From IMG/VR virus record IMGVR_UViG_3300022181_000104, positions 1 through 29,925 of that record: a stretch of 29,925 nt of DNA; one strand, given 5' to 3'. Each line of letters begins with the position of its first letter. Position 1 is the stretch's first letter. The notes under the pieces were generated by a model. The model did no database searches, was not told where the DNA came from, and worked only from the letters and a program-made list of their open reading frames with translations. Below, one piece after another: positions 7,234-16,639 of the stretch. Made by a program: the position numbers and the translations under genes. This stretch comes from a virus (lineage: Duplodnaviria; Caudoviricetes).

Positions 7234-8862
7234 CTATGCTATGCCTGTAATTAGGCCGTTTGAAACCGTTACTGTTTTGCCGTCCACTGTGGTAAAAGTG
7301 CCGCTTATGCCGTTGCCGACAACATAACCTTTGCCCTCTACCCAAGATTGCGTAGCGTACCCGTCAACAATAACATTGCTAAGGGTATAACCGCCACCGT
7401 CAACATTGCTGTCAAAATAGAGTTTAAACCCTGTTCCATATGCACCAATTGACATATTGGCGCCAACAGATTGGATTTTGAGCGGAGTTCCGTCAATGGA
7501 TTGTAAGCGCAAATAACCGCTATCGAGTTTAAGAGATCCCGCCGCCACGTCGGATGAGTTGTAAAACAGCACCCGGTTAGCACTGTCAATAACCAAGCGT
7601 TCCCCGGAAGCAGCGGTTTTTATTTCCGAGCCAACAATTACAAAACCGATTATTGTTCCGGCGGTTATATCCTCTGCATCTATGCTACCGGCTTTAACGC
7701 TTAGAGCGTTAACAAACGGCGCGGTTACTGTATTGCCGACGATTGTCACAACGTCGTCTTCGGACGGAATGTTTGGCTTATCTGCTAAGTCGCTATAGGA
7801 TATGTCACCCGCTTCGCCTCCAATGATGAGTTGACTTGCGTTGATCGTGCCATTAAATACGCTGTCACCATCGATTTGTAAACCGAGTGCTTGTAGTTTT
7901 CCATCAAGGTCGACGTAAAAAACTTTTGCCAAGCCTCCCCCTGTATCTACATACAAAGCAAATCCTTCTGTGGCGTTCATAACCGCTTTGGCGTTTCCGT
8001 CAGATCGTTCGGCAACAAAGCCTTCTTCTGGCCCGATTTTGCAACCATTGTATGTTTTGTCTTTTGTTACCGACGTTTGAGCTAATGTGTAAAATTGGTT
8101 TTCTAACGTCACAATGTAGTTGCTTATGGTTATATCTGTTACAAGGCTATCCATAGGATTGTAAGCAAGGGTAATAATGCGTAGTGTGCTGTCGAGTGCA
8201 AGCTCTGGTTGAGCAAGCAACACATCATCACCAAGCGATAGCGGTGCATCCGGCAAGCCGATCGGCTCTGCTTCGTACGATACAAGCGCAGGAGATTGTC
8301 TGCCGTTATAGGTTTTGCTTATCAAGCGTAGATTTTTGCCAGCAGTAAAGATTCGCGGTTCGTCTGCGCCTCTGCGCGTTAAGAGAGATACCTCAAACTT
8401 GTCAAACTGTAACTCTGCACCGATTGCATTAGCATAGCCAATAAGTAGGCCTCTGCGCGTTGTTTTTTCGTTAATGGTGTAAGCCCCGCTTGCTGTCGGT
8501 TCAACAGTTCCAACAGTAAAGCCGGTGCTGCCGAGGATTGCTGTAAGGATTTCTGCCGGTGTACCGGTCATGCCGAAGGTATCGTTGGTCGTATTGTTGA
8601 GTCGGTAGCTGACGTGCTCTGCCTCAACATTGATTGTTGCTATACCGTCTTCGTTGATTTGGCTTTGATAGTATATGATATCGAAGTAGTCACCTTCACA
8701 CTCAACAACATTGCCGGCTATAATGTTGGCTGTTGCTTTGTCATCTAAAACGGCAGTAAAAGATAATTCGTTTTCCGCGTTGATAGATTCCCTGCGAGTT
8801 GCTGTGGGAATTTTAGGCAGGTTGGCAAGGAGAGCAAGGGATGAGTTCCTAATGCTTATCAT
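7234..8862 (-). CDS. Tail spike / baseplate hub (Tal-like)
   Basis: Follows Dit; INAENELSF, AEHVSYRL and GKNL motifs. Confidence 0.8.
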   Translation of the reverse strand: MISIRNSSLALLANLPKIPTATRRESINAENELSFTAVLDDKATANIIAGNVVECEGDYFDIIYYQSQINEDGIATINVEAEHVSYRLNNTTNDTFGMTGTPAEILTAILGSTGFTVGTVEPTASGAYTINEKTTRRGLLIGYANAIGAELQFDKFEVSLLTRRGADEPRIFTAGKNLRLISKTYNGRQSPALVSYEAEPIGLPDAPLSLGDDVLLAQPELALDSTLRIITLAYNPMDSLVTDITISNYIVTLENQFYTLAQTSVTKDKTYNGCKIGPEEGFVAERSDGNAKAVMNATEGFALYVDTGGGLAKVFYVDLDGKLQALGLQIDGDSVFNGTINASQLIIGGEAGDISYSDLADKPNIPSEDDVVTIVGNTVTAPFVNALSVKAGSIDAEDITAGTIIGFVIVGSEIKTAASGERLVIDSANRVLFYNSSDVAAGSLKLDSGYLRLQSIDGTPLKIQSVGANMSIGAYGTGFKLYFDSNVDGGGYTLSNVIVDGYATQSWVEGKGYVVGNGISGTFTTVDGKTVTVSNGLITGIA

Positions 8863-8871
8863 GTCGCCCTC

Positions 8872-9714
8872 CTATATCCACATCGGTATGATATCAATCA
8901 AGAAACTACAAGTGATGTAATCTCCGCTAAAAGTCAGCGTATTATTACCAGGTAAGCACTCGAAAAACGTCGCATAATCACCAGTGACGTTGGCAAGCTT
9001 GTTTGTTATGCCATCGGCTGTAACTGTCATGTCAATACAGTCTATTACTACATATCCTGTATTATAATAATTAAGCGTAAGCGATTTTCCGTTAAGGGTT
9101 AGAGTTATTGGCCAGAATATGCCGTAGATTGTGATTGTGAATCGGCTACCTTGCGGAGATCTAAAATTAATCGTTTGATTGCCCGGATTGTTAAAGGTAA
9201 AACTACCCGATGCAACCGAGAAAATCTCACTCGAATAGCTTAGTAACGTGTCCCAAGTCATAATGCTACCCCAAGTCGTCTCAGCATCTCCCCAGGCTGT
9301 ATCGTCGCCAGTGCCAAACAAAGCATATGAGTAAGGCTGACATTCAAACGTCACGGTAGCAATACCGAGCTTAAAGAGCTGTTCCAAGGGCACACCGCCA
9401 ACTACACGAGCTTTGTAAGCCTTGTCTGTTTCGTCATTGATGATTAGGTCGGACCACGTTGCGGTATCGAGCCAAGCAGCAATGTCGTGCGTTTTTTCGC
9501 GGTAGTCGTAGTAGTCTGTTTTAGTAATCCAGCCGATCTGCATTACAATAGTCCTGACGTCGTGCGCCACCCTGCCAAAATCATACAAGCCACTAACGCC
9601 ATTTATTTGCACCGTGCGCGGTCGAATCGGCGGTAGGATGGGCCGAGATATAGATTTGGCTACAAGGCCAAGAGATTGGCTAGTAATACCGTTAAACGTA
9701 AAATTGCCTATCAT
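8872..9714 (-). CDS. Distal tail protein (Dit)
   Basis: FTFNGI.S..LGL start, F.CQPYSY, LPGNNTL; follows the tape measure gene. Confidence 0.85.
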   Translation of the reverse strand: MIGNFTFNGITSQSLGLVAKSISRPILPPIRPRTVQINGVSGLYDFGRVAHDVRTIVMQIGWITKTDYYDYREKTHDIAAWLDTATWSDLIINDETDKAYKARVVGGVPLEQLFKLGIATVTFECQPYSYALFGTGDDTAWGDAETTWGSIMTWDTLLSYSSEIFSVASGSFTFNNPGNQTINFRSPQGSRFTITIYGIFWPITLTLNGKSLTLNYYNTGYVVIDCIDMTVTADGITNKLANVTGDYATFFECLPGNNTLTFSGDYITCSFLIDIIPMWI

Positions 9715-11579
9715 ACTGCCACCCCCAAAGCTCTTGCTCGTGCGTCGTTGCTGTTAGCCTGGTGTCGAGAGGTTGAGCGAGAAACCACTTTGCCATCAAG
9801 GTTTATTGGATTGTTTATCACGATAGTTTGGCCGCCAAAACCGCCTCCTCCTGCTACTGGTCTTGGGGTTGGCCAATCGGGAAAATCTACATCCACCTTG
9901 ATATCATCTTTAACCTTTTTCATTTCTGCTCCAAAACCTACACCAATACCGGCAGCCATGTTTTCTCCGATATCTGCAAACACTTTCGATGGAGATCTTA
10001 TACCAAGTAAGCTCTTGATCCCGCCTACAACGTTACCGAAAAACCCTTTAACCTGGTCGCCTAACCAATTACCTAGGCCCTTTATGCCTTCCCAAATACC
10101 TTTGACAATATCTTTGCCAATATCAGCAAATTGAGGTAGTGCGTTTTTGAGTGCTGTAACAATCGCGGAAATGATTGCTGGCAACTGTCTGACAATCTCG
10201 GGTATGGCCGAAACAATCCCTGTAATCAGCTTGAGTGCCAATTCAACACCCATCTGCACGATCTCGGGCAAGTTTTCGGTGATAAATTCGATGATTGCTT
10301 GGATGATATCCGGAATCACTTCAGCAGCGATGTCGATGATCATCAAGAGCGTGTCTTTGATTTGTGGTAACACATCTTTGATTGTTTGAACGGTTTCAGC
10401 AACACCGGCTTTGATTTTCTCCTTCGCGTTCTCGTTGCCCAAGAGCAAGTCGGTTAGTCCTTGGATGACCATACTGAATCCGGGCAACAGATTACCTACG
10501 ATGTTTGTCTTCACACCTTGAAACGCCTTGCCCAGATCGTCCATCGAATCAGTAAATACAACTGCGCCACCGACAGCCTCATCTGACATAACAAAACCCA
10601 AATCGTGAGCTCGATCTAGCAATGCTTGTGTTGCTTCAGCTGAGGAGTTTAGTATGGGAGTCAGAGCCGCACCGGATCCTCCAAGTAAAGAATTGGCAAT
10701 AGCTGCTTTTTCGGTTTCGTCACTAACACCTTGCAAAGCTTTAATTGTCATCCCGAATATTTCTTCTCTGCTTTTTCCTTCCAGGTCATCCATGGTAATA
10801 CCAAGCGCGGCGAATTTGTCTTTTGCAGTTTGAACCCCGCTACCTGCATCATATGTAACTTGGCCAAGGGTTTTCACGCCTTCTTGCAGAGAATTGACAT
10901 CGATTCCACTTTGGCCAAGAGCGTAACCCCATTCTTGGTATGCCTCTTTTGACATACCAAGCTTTTGACTCATCTTATCGACTTCATCGCCGTGCGCAGC
11001 TGTGCCGGTGGCCATATCCCAAACGGCCTTGCCGGTAGCAACAGCGGCCGCGCCGACCGTAGCAGCCGCGCCCAGAAGCGCAGTACCGACTTGTTTCATA
11101 CTATCGCCTATTGTAGAAAAAACAGGGCCGGCTTGCTTAGCGGCGTCTTTGGCCTGATCAAGACCTTCTTTGAACTTGCCCATCAAAGTATTGGAGCCAT
11201 CGGTTTCTTTACCAACTCGTTCCATCTCTTTGGTGTTATTAGAAAGCTCTTTTTCGGTATTACTCAAGGCCAGCTTCGCTTCGTTGAGCTTTATCGCCCA
11301 TTCTTTAGTTTTATAATCTGCCTCTCCGTATGTTTCAGCCGCTTTTTTAACAACTTGTTCTAAAACTCCGACCTTCTGAGCCTGCAAATCAAGCTCTTTG
11401 TTCAAAAACTCATTTCGTGTTTTGAGGGATTCGATTGACTTGTCGTTCTTGTCGAACTGGGCTTGAGCTAGCTTTAGCTCTGATCCAAGTAGCTTATACG
11501 ATGCCTCGATGTCCTTGATTGAGTTTCTAAACTCTTTCTCTCCCTCAATCCCAACTTTTAACCCGACTTTATCTGCCAT
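9711..11579 (-). CDS. Tape measure protein
   Basis: MADKVGLKVGIEGEKEF start, coiled coil, C-terminal GIRSPSKVF motif; 622 aa. Confidence 0.9.
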   Translation of the reverse strand: MADKVGLKVGIEGEKEFRNSIKDIEASYKLLGSELKLAQAQFDKNDKSIESLKTRNEFLNKELDLQAQKVGVLEQVVKKAAETYGEADYKTKEWAIKLNEAKLALSNTEKELSNNTKEMERVGKETDGSNTLMGKFKEGLDQAKDAAKQAGPVFSTIGDSMKQVGTALLGAAATVGAAAVATGKAVWDMATGTAAHGDEVDKMSQKLGMSKEAYQEWGYALGQSGIDVNSLQEGVKTLGQVTYDAGSGVQTAKDKFAALGITMDDLEGKSREEIFGMTIKALQGVSDETEKAAIANSLLGGSGAALTPILNSSAEATQALLDRAHDLGFVMSDEAVGGAVVFTDSMDDLGKAFQGVKTNIVGNLLPGFSMVIQGLTDLLLGNENAKEKIKAGVAETVQTIKDVLPQIKDTLLMIIDIAAEVIPDIIQAIIEFITENLPEIVQMGVELALKLITGIVSAIPEIVRQLPAIISAIVTALKNALPQFADIGKDIVKGIWEGIKGLGNWLGDQVKGFFGNVVGGIKSLLGIRSPSKVFADIGENMAAGIGVGFGAEMKKVKDDIKVDVDFPDWPTPRPVAGGGGFGGQTIVINNPINLDGKVVSRSTSRHQANSNDARARALGVAV

Positions 11580-11591
11580 CGTTTCACCTCC

Positions 11592-11783
11592 TTACAAATA
11601 ATCTGGTAGGATATCATCAATAAAATACTCTCGTTTTGGCTTTGCTAATCCATTCATCTGCCAATAGATCTCTCGTTGATCCAGCAAATGACCAATCGGC
11701 ATTAACCAGGATTCCGGCTCACTTCTACGCAAACAGACCGTTGCTATATAAATAAGCCGGGCAAACGATTCATCATCGCTCAC
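11592..11783 (-). CDS. Tail assembly chaperone, frameshift extension (gpT part)
   Basis: In the -1 frame of the upstream chaperone, open from the slippery site. Confidence 0.75.
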   Translation of the reverse strand: MSDDESFARLIYIATVCLRRSEPESWLMPIGHLLDQREIYWQMNGLAKPKREYFIDDILPDYL

Positions 11784-11791
11784 CCGGCTGG

Positions 11792-12166
11792 TTAGTTTTT
11801 TGTTTCTGTTTCTTCACTCTCAACATGCCTTTTCGAGCCGGCTTGAAGGCACTGCATAATGGCCATATTATAGGTCGGGATATCGAACGGGCTGATTAGC
11901 TGCTCCATTTCCTCAGGCTTCAGCATTGGATCATGAGATTTCTCATACAGGTTTTTGATAGCAATACACTGATTTGCCAGTAAAGCAATAAGCCAGAGCA
12001 TGTCGTCAATAGCTGCTTCCCATTGATCCGAAAACACGATTTCTGCAAGCTCGTTTAGACCACCGTATTTCTTCGCAATTTCCTTAGTGGCTCGCAGAGT
12101 TAAAAGTATCGGATACTCATCCTTGCCAATTTTGATCGTTGCAGATCGTTCAGGTTCCCAATACAT
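11792..12166 (-). CDS. Tail assembly chaperone (gpG-like)
   Basis: Between major tail and tape measure genes; LLTLRATKEIAKKYGG; ends KN after A AAA AAC. Confidence 0.8.
   Translation of the reverse strand: MYWEPERSATIKIGKDEYPILLTLRATKEIAKKYGGLNELAEIVFSDQWEAAIDDMLWLIALLANQCIAIKNLYEKSHDPMLKPEEMEQLISPFDIPTYNMAIMQCLQAGSKRHVESEETETKN
11795..11801 (-). promoter_or_regulatory. -1 programmed ribosomal frameshift site A AAA AAC
   Basis: X XXY YYZ heptamer directly before TAA; the -1 frame reads LTSRVSDDES into the next ORF. Confidence 0.8.
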
Positions 12167-12167
12167 A

Positions 12168-13046
12168 CTAAGTACCCGTAATGACAAGAGCTGCTACGTT
12201 ACTGGCAAGCTGTTGCACGCTGGCTTTCATCACGCAGTAGTAGTAATAGGTTCCGGCTGTCATCATACTCGTTATGAGACCCAGCGATGCTTCGTCTGCG
12301 CCATTAATCGGACTCCCACCGATATTACTATTAACAGTATTTGAATACCATTGATAGGTTAATGTTCCACCGGTTGCCGTTGCCGTTACTTCAAAAGTGG
12401 CACTCGATGCACCCTCAGCTATAGTAACGTTTTCCGGCTGAGCTGACAGCGAAATCGCAGGTGAAGTGCTGTAATCCGGTTCATAGACACTTTGGAACCA
12501 GTTTGTTTTGACCGCAGAAGGTACATTGCTATCGGAGCCGTTGACCTTTGCTCTCCAAGGGAATTTTCCAAGTCCGTCTGCTTTGTGTCTACGCATGATT
12601 TTCCCCTGGATCGTAGGCATTTGGAACGCTATGGCATCACCTTTGGTTTGATTGTTCTCGGCAGGGACCCCAAAGATTACGCGGTAAAGCCAAGTGTATT
12701 CATAACTTTTATCGCTTCTTAGCGCGCGGAAACCGATTGCAACAGGAGGCGGAGAAGAATCTCCTATATCTACAATAGCTCCATTCGAGTCAATGACAGC
12801 TCCAAGAAGTTTCTGCAAGTTTGCAGACGGGATTTCTTTGATGTTTAAATCAATGGTTCCATCATTAAATTCCCGATAGTATTCGTCAAGCTTATCGTCC
12901 GCCCACAGCATTGCTTCTTTTTCGTTAATGGTCAGATTCGCCGAGAGAGCCTTGGCCAAAGCTACCGGAGTTCCGTAAGTTTCGTTGCCAAGGCTATCCC
13001 CGGTGATCTCTGCCATGTAAATACTATCTAATCCAATTCGTGACAT
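12168..13046 (-). CDS. Major tail protein (phi13-like) with C-terminal Ig-like domain
   Basis: MSRIGLD start, LWADD, VAIGFRA; C-terminal AQPENVT...TLTYQWY...YYYCV. Confidence 0.9.
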   Translation of the reverse strand: MSRIGLDSIYMAEITGDSLGNETYGTPVALAKALSANLTINEKEAMLWADDKLDEYYREFNDGTIDLNIKEIPSANLQKLLGAVIDSNGAIVDIGDSSPPPVAIGFRALRSDKSYEYTWLYRVIFGVPAENNQTKGDAIAFQMPTIQGKIMRRHKADGLGKFPWRAKVNGSDSNVPSAVKTNWFQSVYEPDYSTSPAISLSAQPENVTIAEGASSATFEVTATATGGTLTYQWYSNTVNSNIGGSPINGADEASLGLITSMMTAGTYYYYCVMKASVQQLASNVAALVITGT

Positions 13047-13050
13047 TTTA

Positions 13051-13548
13051 TCACCCTTTCGTGATTTTGTTAAATTCTTCGTTGATGATTTCTTCCATTT
13101 TTCGCTGAGCCTCTGCCTTTTTAGCAGCAACTGCTTTTCGGAAGAAAGGAGTCTTTGCACGGACACTTGATCCGGATTCTATTGAGCGAGCCAGAAGATC
13201 ATTCGGCAAACCCTTAGGATATTTCTTCGACTTGTATTTTCCGTAGCCGTCAAAGCCAAACTTCACATGCATAACTCCATATTTGTCATAGCCCATTTTT
13301 GTGATGCCGAAACTCTCAATGAGATCGTTTTTTTGTTGTACCGGAACGCCCTTAAATTGTTCGTCCTTTTTCAACCTCCGAAATTCCTCTTCTGGCAATG
13401 CAACAAGGTTCTGTTTGACTTGATCGGCAATTATTTCAGCCCCGGCGAATACCGCTTTCTTAGCTACCTTCTCAAGCTCTTTGCCAAGATTTTTTAGCTT
13501 CAGAGTGAACTCATCGCTGAGTAGAACCTTCGCACTAGCCACTAGCAA
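13051..13548 (-). CDS. HK97 gp10-like tail completion protein
   Basis: AVFAGAEIIAD, ARSIESGSS and PFFRKAV motifs. Confidence 0.8.
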   Translation of the reverse strand: MLVASAKVLLSDEFTLKLKNLGKELEKVAKKAVFAGAEIIADQVKQNLVALPEEEFRRLKKDEQFKGVPVQQKNDLIESFGITKMGYDKYGVMHVKFGFDGYGKYKSKKYPKGLPNDLLARSIESGSSVRAKTPFFRKAVAAKKAEAQRKMEEIINEEFNKITKG

Positions 13549-13870
13549 TCACCTGCCAAAACCATTCGTGATGAATAAAACCGGTGTCTTCGTATTGCAC
13601 AGAATTAAGAGACCAAGCTACATCATCAAAGCTGTTTAGCACAGTTTGAATTTGAGCTATCGCTACATCGTTTTCGGTTTTGCTAAAGAAGTCAATTGTC
13701 CCGGTAATCGTTTGAATCTCTTTGTGATTGTCCGCATCCAGCGATTCACCCTCACCCTCTTCAGTCCAAACAATGTATCTGTCTGATTTCTTGTGTGCTT
13801 CATAGTGAGCAGCTCTTAGTCCAGTGGCAGTCTCAATCGCTTGCATTACTGCGATAATGTTATCAAGCAT
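13535..13870 (-). CDS. Putative tail terminator protein
   Basis: YIVW.E, ADN, IDFFSK and YEDTGFIH motifs; neck position. Confidence 0.65.
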   Translation of the reverse strand: MLDNIIAVMQAIETATGLRAAHYEAHKKSDRYIVWTEEGEGESLDADNHKEIQTITGTIDFFSKTENDVAIAQIQTVLNSFDDVAWSLNSVQYEDTGFIHHEWFWQVIASG

Positions 13871-13881
13871 TTAACCACCTC

Positions 13882-14238
13882 CTATATTGCATACGGGCTA
13901 GCTATCAGGGTGAGAGTCAAGTCTTCGCTCGGCGGTTCAACATCCAACACACTCTGTTTTTGTTCAATACGGTACTGATACCCATCGGCCAAGATCACAA
14001 CATCTTGGGTTGTGATATCCATCTGCCGTTGAATTCGAATGATTTTCGAGATCTCTACATTTGCCTGTTTGGCTGTGTAATAGCGACCATAGCCAACGTA
14101 ACGAGATTCGAATCTCAATTCCCTTTTCAAAGTTAGCTTTTGCACTGGTTTTGAAACGGTAGTAGTTAAATCAGTTACCGAATAGATCTTCGCAATGCCA
14201 TCGTTATAATTCTGGATCTTCTTCTTGGGCAGCTGCAT
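13882..14238 (-). CDS. Head closure / head-tail adaptor
   Basis: Position; YNDG, YY.AKQA and YRIEQ.Q motifs. Confidence 0.7.
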   Translation of the reverse strand: MQLPKKKIQNYNDGIAKIYSVTDLTTTVSKPVQKLTLKRELRFESRYVGYGRYYTAKQANVEISKIIRIQRQMDITTQDVVILADGYQYRIEQKQSVLDVEPPSEDLTLTLIASPYAI

Positions 14239-14524
14239 ACGCTTTCACCTCCTCATTTTGCTGCAAGGTTAGCAGCTCAGAAAGATAAGCGTTTTGAAAT
14301 TCTGCCAAGGCATTTGAGCGAACATAACGACAATATTCTAAAAGTAGTTCGCGAGGTTTATCCTCACTCTCATAATCGAGAGTAACACCTGCCACACCGT
14401 CAAGATACTTGATCCCTCGGGAGATAATGCCGAGGAGTTTTTCATCCCCGGCATAATCTTCCCAAGTTATGTCAAGATAGTTCCGGACGGCTTCGAGCAA
14501 TGTGATCGCTAAAGTCTGAGCCAT
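14204..14524 (-). CDS. Head-tail connector (gp6-like)
   Basis: LLEAVRNYLDITW...LLLEYCRY. Confidence 0.8.
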   Translation of the reverse strand: MAQTLAITLLEAVRNYLDITWEDYAGDEKLLGIISRGIKYLDGVAGVTLDYESEDKPRELLLEYCRYVRSNALAEFQNAYLSELLTLQQNEEVKAYAAAQEEDPEL

Positions 14525-14527
14525 CCG

Positions 14528-15037
14528 TCATTCACCGCCTTTTTGATTACTTTTACAATATCTCCTGTTTTTTGATTGCTCTGACAAAGGTATCCATTTG
14601 CAATTGCTTGGTTCGTAGTCCCTATTTGCATCAACTCTTTCTATGGTTAGAACATCGGTGTAACCATTTGCGAAGGCCCAATCTTTAAAACAAGAAAACG
14701 ATTTCCAATCATCGCATACTTTTATTCCTCTGCCACCATAATGTGAATATCGGGTAGACCGAGGATTGAGACATCGCTTAAGCATATTTTCCCAGCAAAT
14801 ATATAATCTTGTTCCAGACAATCCGTGTTTTCTGCTTCTTTCTCCGATAGTTTCTGCGTTTAGACATCCACAACTTTTTGTTGCTCCGCTTTTCAGATTT
14901 GTTGCAGAAACCATCTTTACTGTGCCACAATCACATTTGCATTTCCAATAAGCCCTCTTGCCTTCAGTACGTCCATAATCAATTACCATCCAGCGACCGA
15001 ATCTTTTTCCGGTTAAATCTATTCTTGTTTTAAACAT
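14528..15037 (-). CDS. Free-standing HNH-like homing endonuclease
   Basis: DLTGKRFGRW, WKCKCDCG, KSCGC, YGGRGI and TIERVD..YEPSNCKW motifs; SD GAGGTG; alternative TTG start at 15040. Confidence 0.85.
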   Translation of the reverse strand: MFKTRIDLTGKRFGRWMVIDYGRTEGKRAYWKCKCDCGTVKMVSATNLKSGATKSCGCLNAETIGERSRKHGLSGTRLYICWENMLKRCLNPRSTRYSHYGGRGIKVCDDWKSFSCFKDWAFANGYTDVLTIERVDANRDYEPSNCKWIPLSEQSKNRRYCKSNQKGGE

Positions 15038-15060
15038 CAATGCACCTCACATCAGTCTAC

Positions 15061-15127
15061 AAAACCTGAATACATGGCGAAAATCGTCAGGTTCACGACT
15101 TTCGGCTCGTCAGCCTATTCGCCATGT
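15061..15127 (-). ncRNA. Candidate structured RNA (3-way junction plus pseudoknot) upstream of the HNH gene
   Basis: P1 ACAUGGCGAA/UUCGCCAUGU; P2 GGCU-GACG-AGCC; GAAA linker; P3 GUCGU/ACGAU, whose loop AACCUG can pair with downstream CAGGUU. Confidence 0.55.
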
Positions 15128-15139
15128 TGCCAGTAAACT

Positions 15140-16639
15140 TTAGGATTTACTAACAGTGACGGTATAGACTTCGGTTTCTCCACCGATCGAAACCGTAACA
15201 GTTAAAACATTGGCTCCATCAGCCCAGGTTGCAGCTGCTCCATTGACAACAGGTGTCGCACCGTTGAGGATCGCAATAGTTGCCTCTCCATCTTTTGCCA
15301 CGGCAGTGATGGTATTGGTGGCATCAGTGGTTGCACAGGTATAGGCAAAGATCGACTTGTTGAAAGTCGGGGATAAAGTCTTACTGCCAACCGTCAAGCT
15401 GACCAAGCGAGCATCATTGGTATTAACCAAAATCGGTTGATCTAGGATGGTTGCATCCACATCAAAGCCGGTGTTGGTCATAGTAACTTGTGGAATCACA
15501 GGTACTAATCCGGTGATGTTAAGCAGCTTGAAACTGGTGTTGTCTTTCGGACGGCCATTGCCATATAACTTGATTAAGTAGATGCGCTCATCTTCAACAA
15601 AATGATAATGATCGCTGTACTCAATCTTGCCTCCCTGACCCGTTCCCAAGCCCATGAAGTAATTCTTGCCAATACCCAAAATGGCTTCATTCGCAGGAAC
15701 ATGCACGGATTGAACAACCTTGGTCGGGAACGGCCAGCGAGAAACCCATTGACCTTCTGCATTCTGATACATGACTGCTGGCATGACCTTGGTGTAATAG
15801 TCTACTGGGTTACAGATGAACAACACTTCAGGAATAGCACGATACAACCCGTTTCTACCAACCGCTAAAGCTGCAATTAAAGCCCCATACGTTGTCGGGG
15901 TAATCGTTGTAAGTGCTACAGGAACCAATTCTTCATTTCCGGTAACTGGATCGACTGCACCAGCGGGATTACGGCGCATACCAATCGGCTCATCCAAGCC
16001 GTTGCCATCGATAGTACCTTCCTCTAAGCCGTTTGCACTGGCTTCAACAAGCAGTGCACGGACATAACGATCGAGCCACTCAGGACCAACTTCAAGCATA
16101 GCCTTGCAAACCGGGATAAAGGCAGACAGTTTCTTCAAGGTCAAGTCGATGGTGTCGAACCCAGAGGAAACCTCTTTAACCACTTCATCACACAACTTGC
16201 CCCAGGTAGCCATTAGCCGACCATCAAGGGTACTGTAGATGTATTTGACAAGAGCTGCGGTATTTACGAAATTGATCTCGCTTAACAAAGGATGAGATTC
16301 TTGGATATCAAGAAACACTGCATCGATAACGGTTTCCGGAAGGACATCATCAATACCAGTTAAAGCCTGTTGAGGATTTTTGGACTTAGCCGCATCGATG
16401 AATTTCTGATAGAAGTCTTTTTCTTTGCTGGTTAATGCTCGAGCACCACGGCCAGCCAATACTTGGCGATCTACAGTTTCCACCATCCCGCGAGCTTCAG
16501 CCAAAACGGCCTCTTGCAAGAAGTCAGAGAATTCTGTGAAGGCTGCAGCGAAAGCAGCTTCGTCTCCGTCTTTAACTGCTTGGTTTAATTTGGTGAGGAT
16601 TGCAGATTTCTGCAACATTAGAGTATCAAGATTTTTCAT
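15140..16639 (-). CDS. Major capsid protein (HK97 fold) with C-terminal cadherin-like beta sandwich
   Basis: LPETVID.VF, HPLL, WG.LCD and YGNGRP.D motifs; C-terminal LSPTFN..FAYT...YTVTVSK. Confidence 0.92.
   Translation of the reverse strand: MKNLDTLMLQKSAILTKLNQAVKDGDEAAFAAAFTEFSDFLQEAVLAEARGMVETVDRQVLAGRGARALTSKEKDFYQKFIDAAKSKNPQQALTGIDDVLPETVIDAVFLDIQESHPLLSEINFVNTAALVKYIYSTLDGRLMATWGKLCDEVVKEVSSGFDTIDLTLKKLSAFIPVCKAMLEVGPEWLDRYVRALLVEASANGLEEGTIDGNGLDEPIGMRRNPAGAVDPVTGNEELVPVALTTITPTTYGALIAALAVGRNGLYRAIPEVLFICNPVDYYTKVMPAVMYQNAEGQWVSRWPFPTKVVQSVHVPANEAILGIGKNYFMGLGTGQGGKIEYSDHYHFVEDERIYLIKLYGNGRPKDNTSFKLLNITGLVPVIPQVTMTNTGFDVDATILDQPILVNTNDARLVSLTVGSKTLSPTFNKSIFAYTCATTDATNTITAVAKDGEATIAILNGATPVVNGAAATWADGANVLTVTVSIGGETEVYTVTVSKS

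Noticed and set aside
13047-13166. N-terminal extensions in the ORF track (major tail, holins, DUF5131, chaperone and others)
   Set aside because: They overlap upstream genes; downstream starts have better SD or coupling and family-typical N-termini
15072-15127. Canonical hammerhead, or a simple terminator after the capsid gene
   Set aside because: Stem II is essentially absent and stem I is misregistered; no U-tract directly follows P1. Kept only as an unclassified structured RNA
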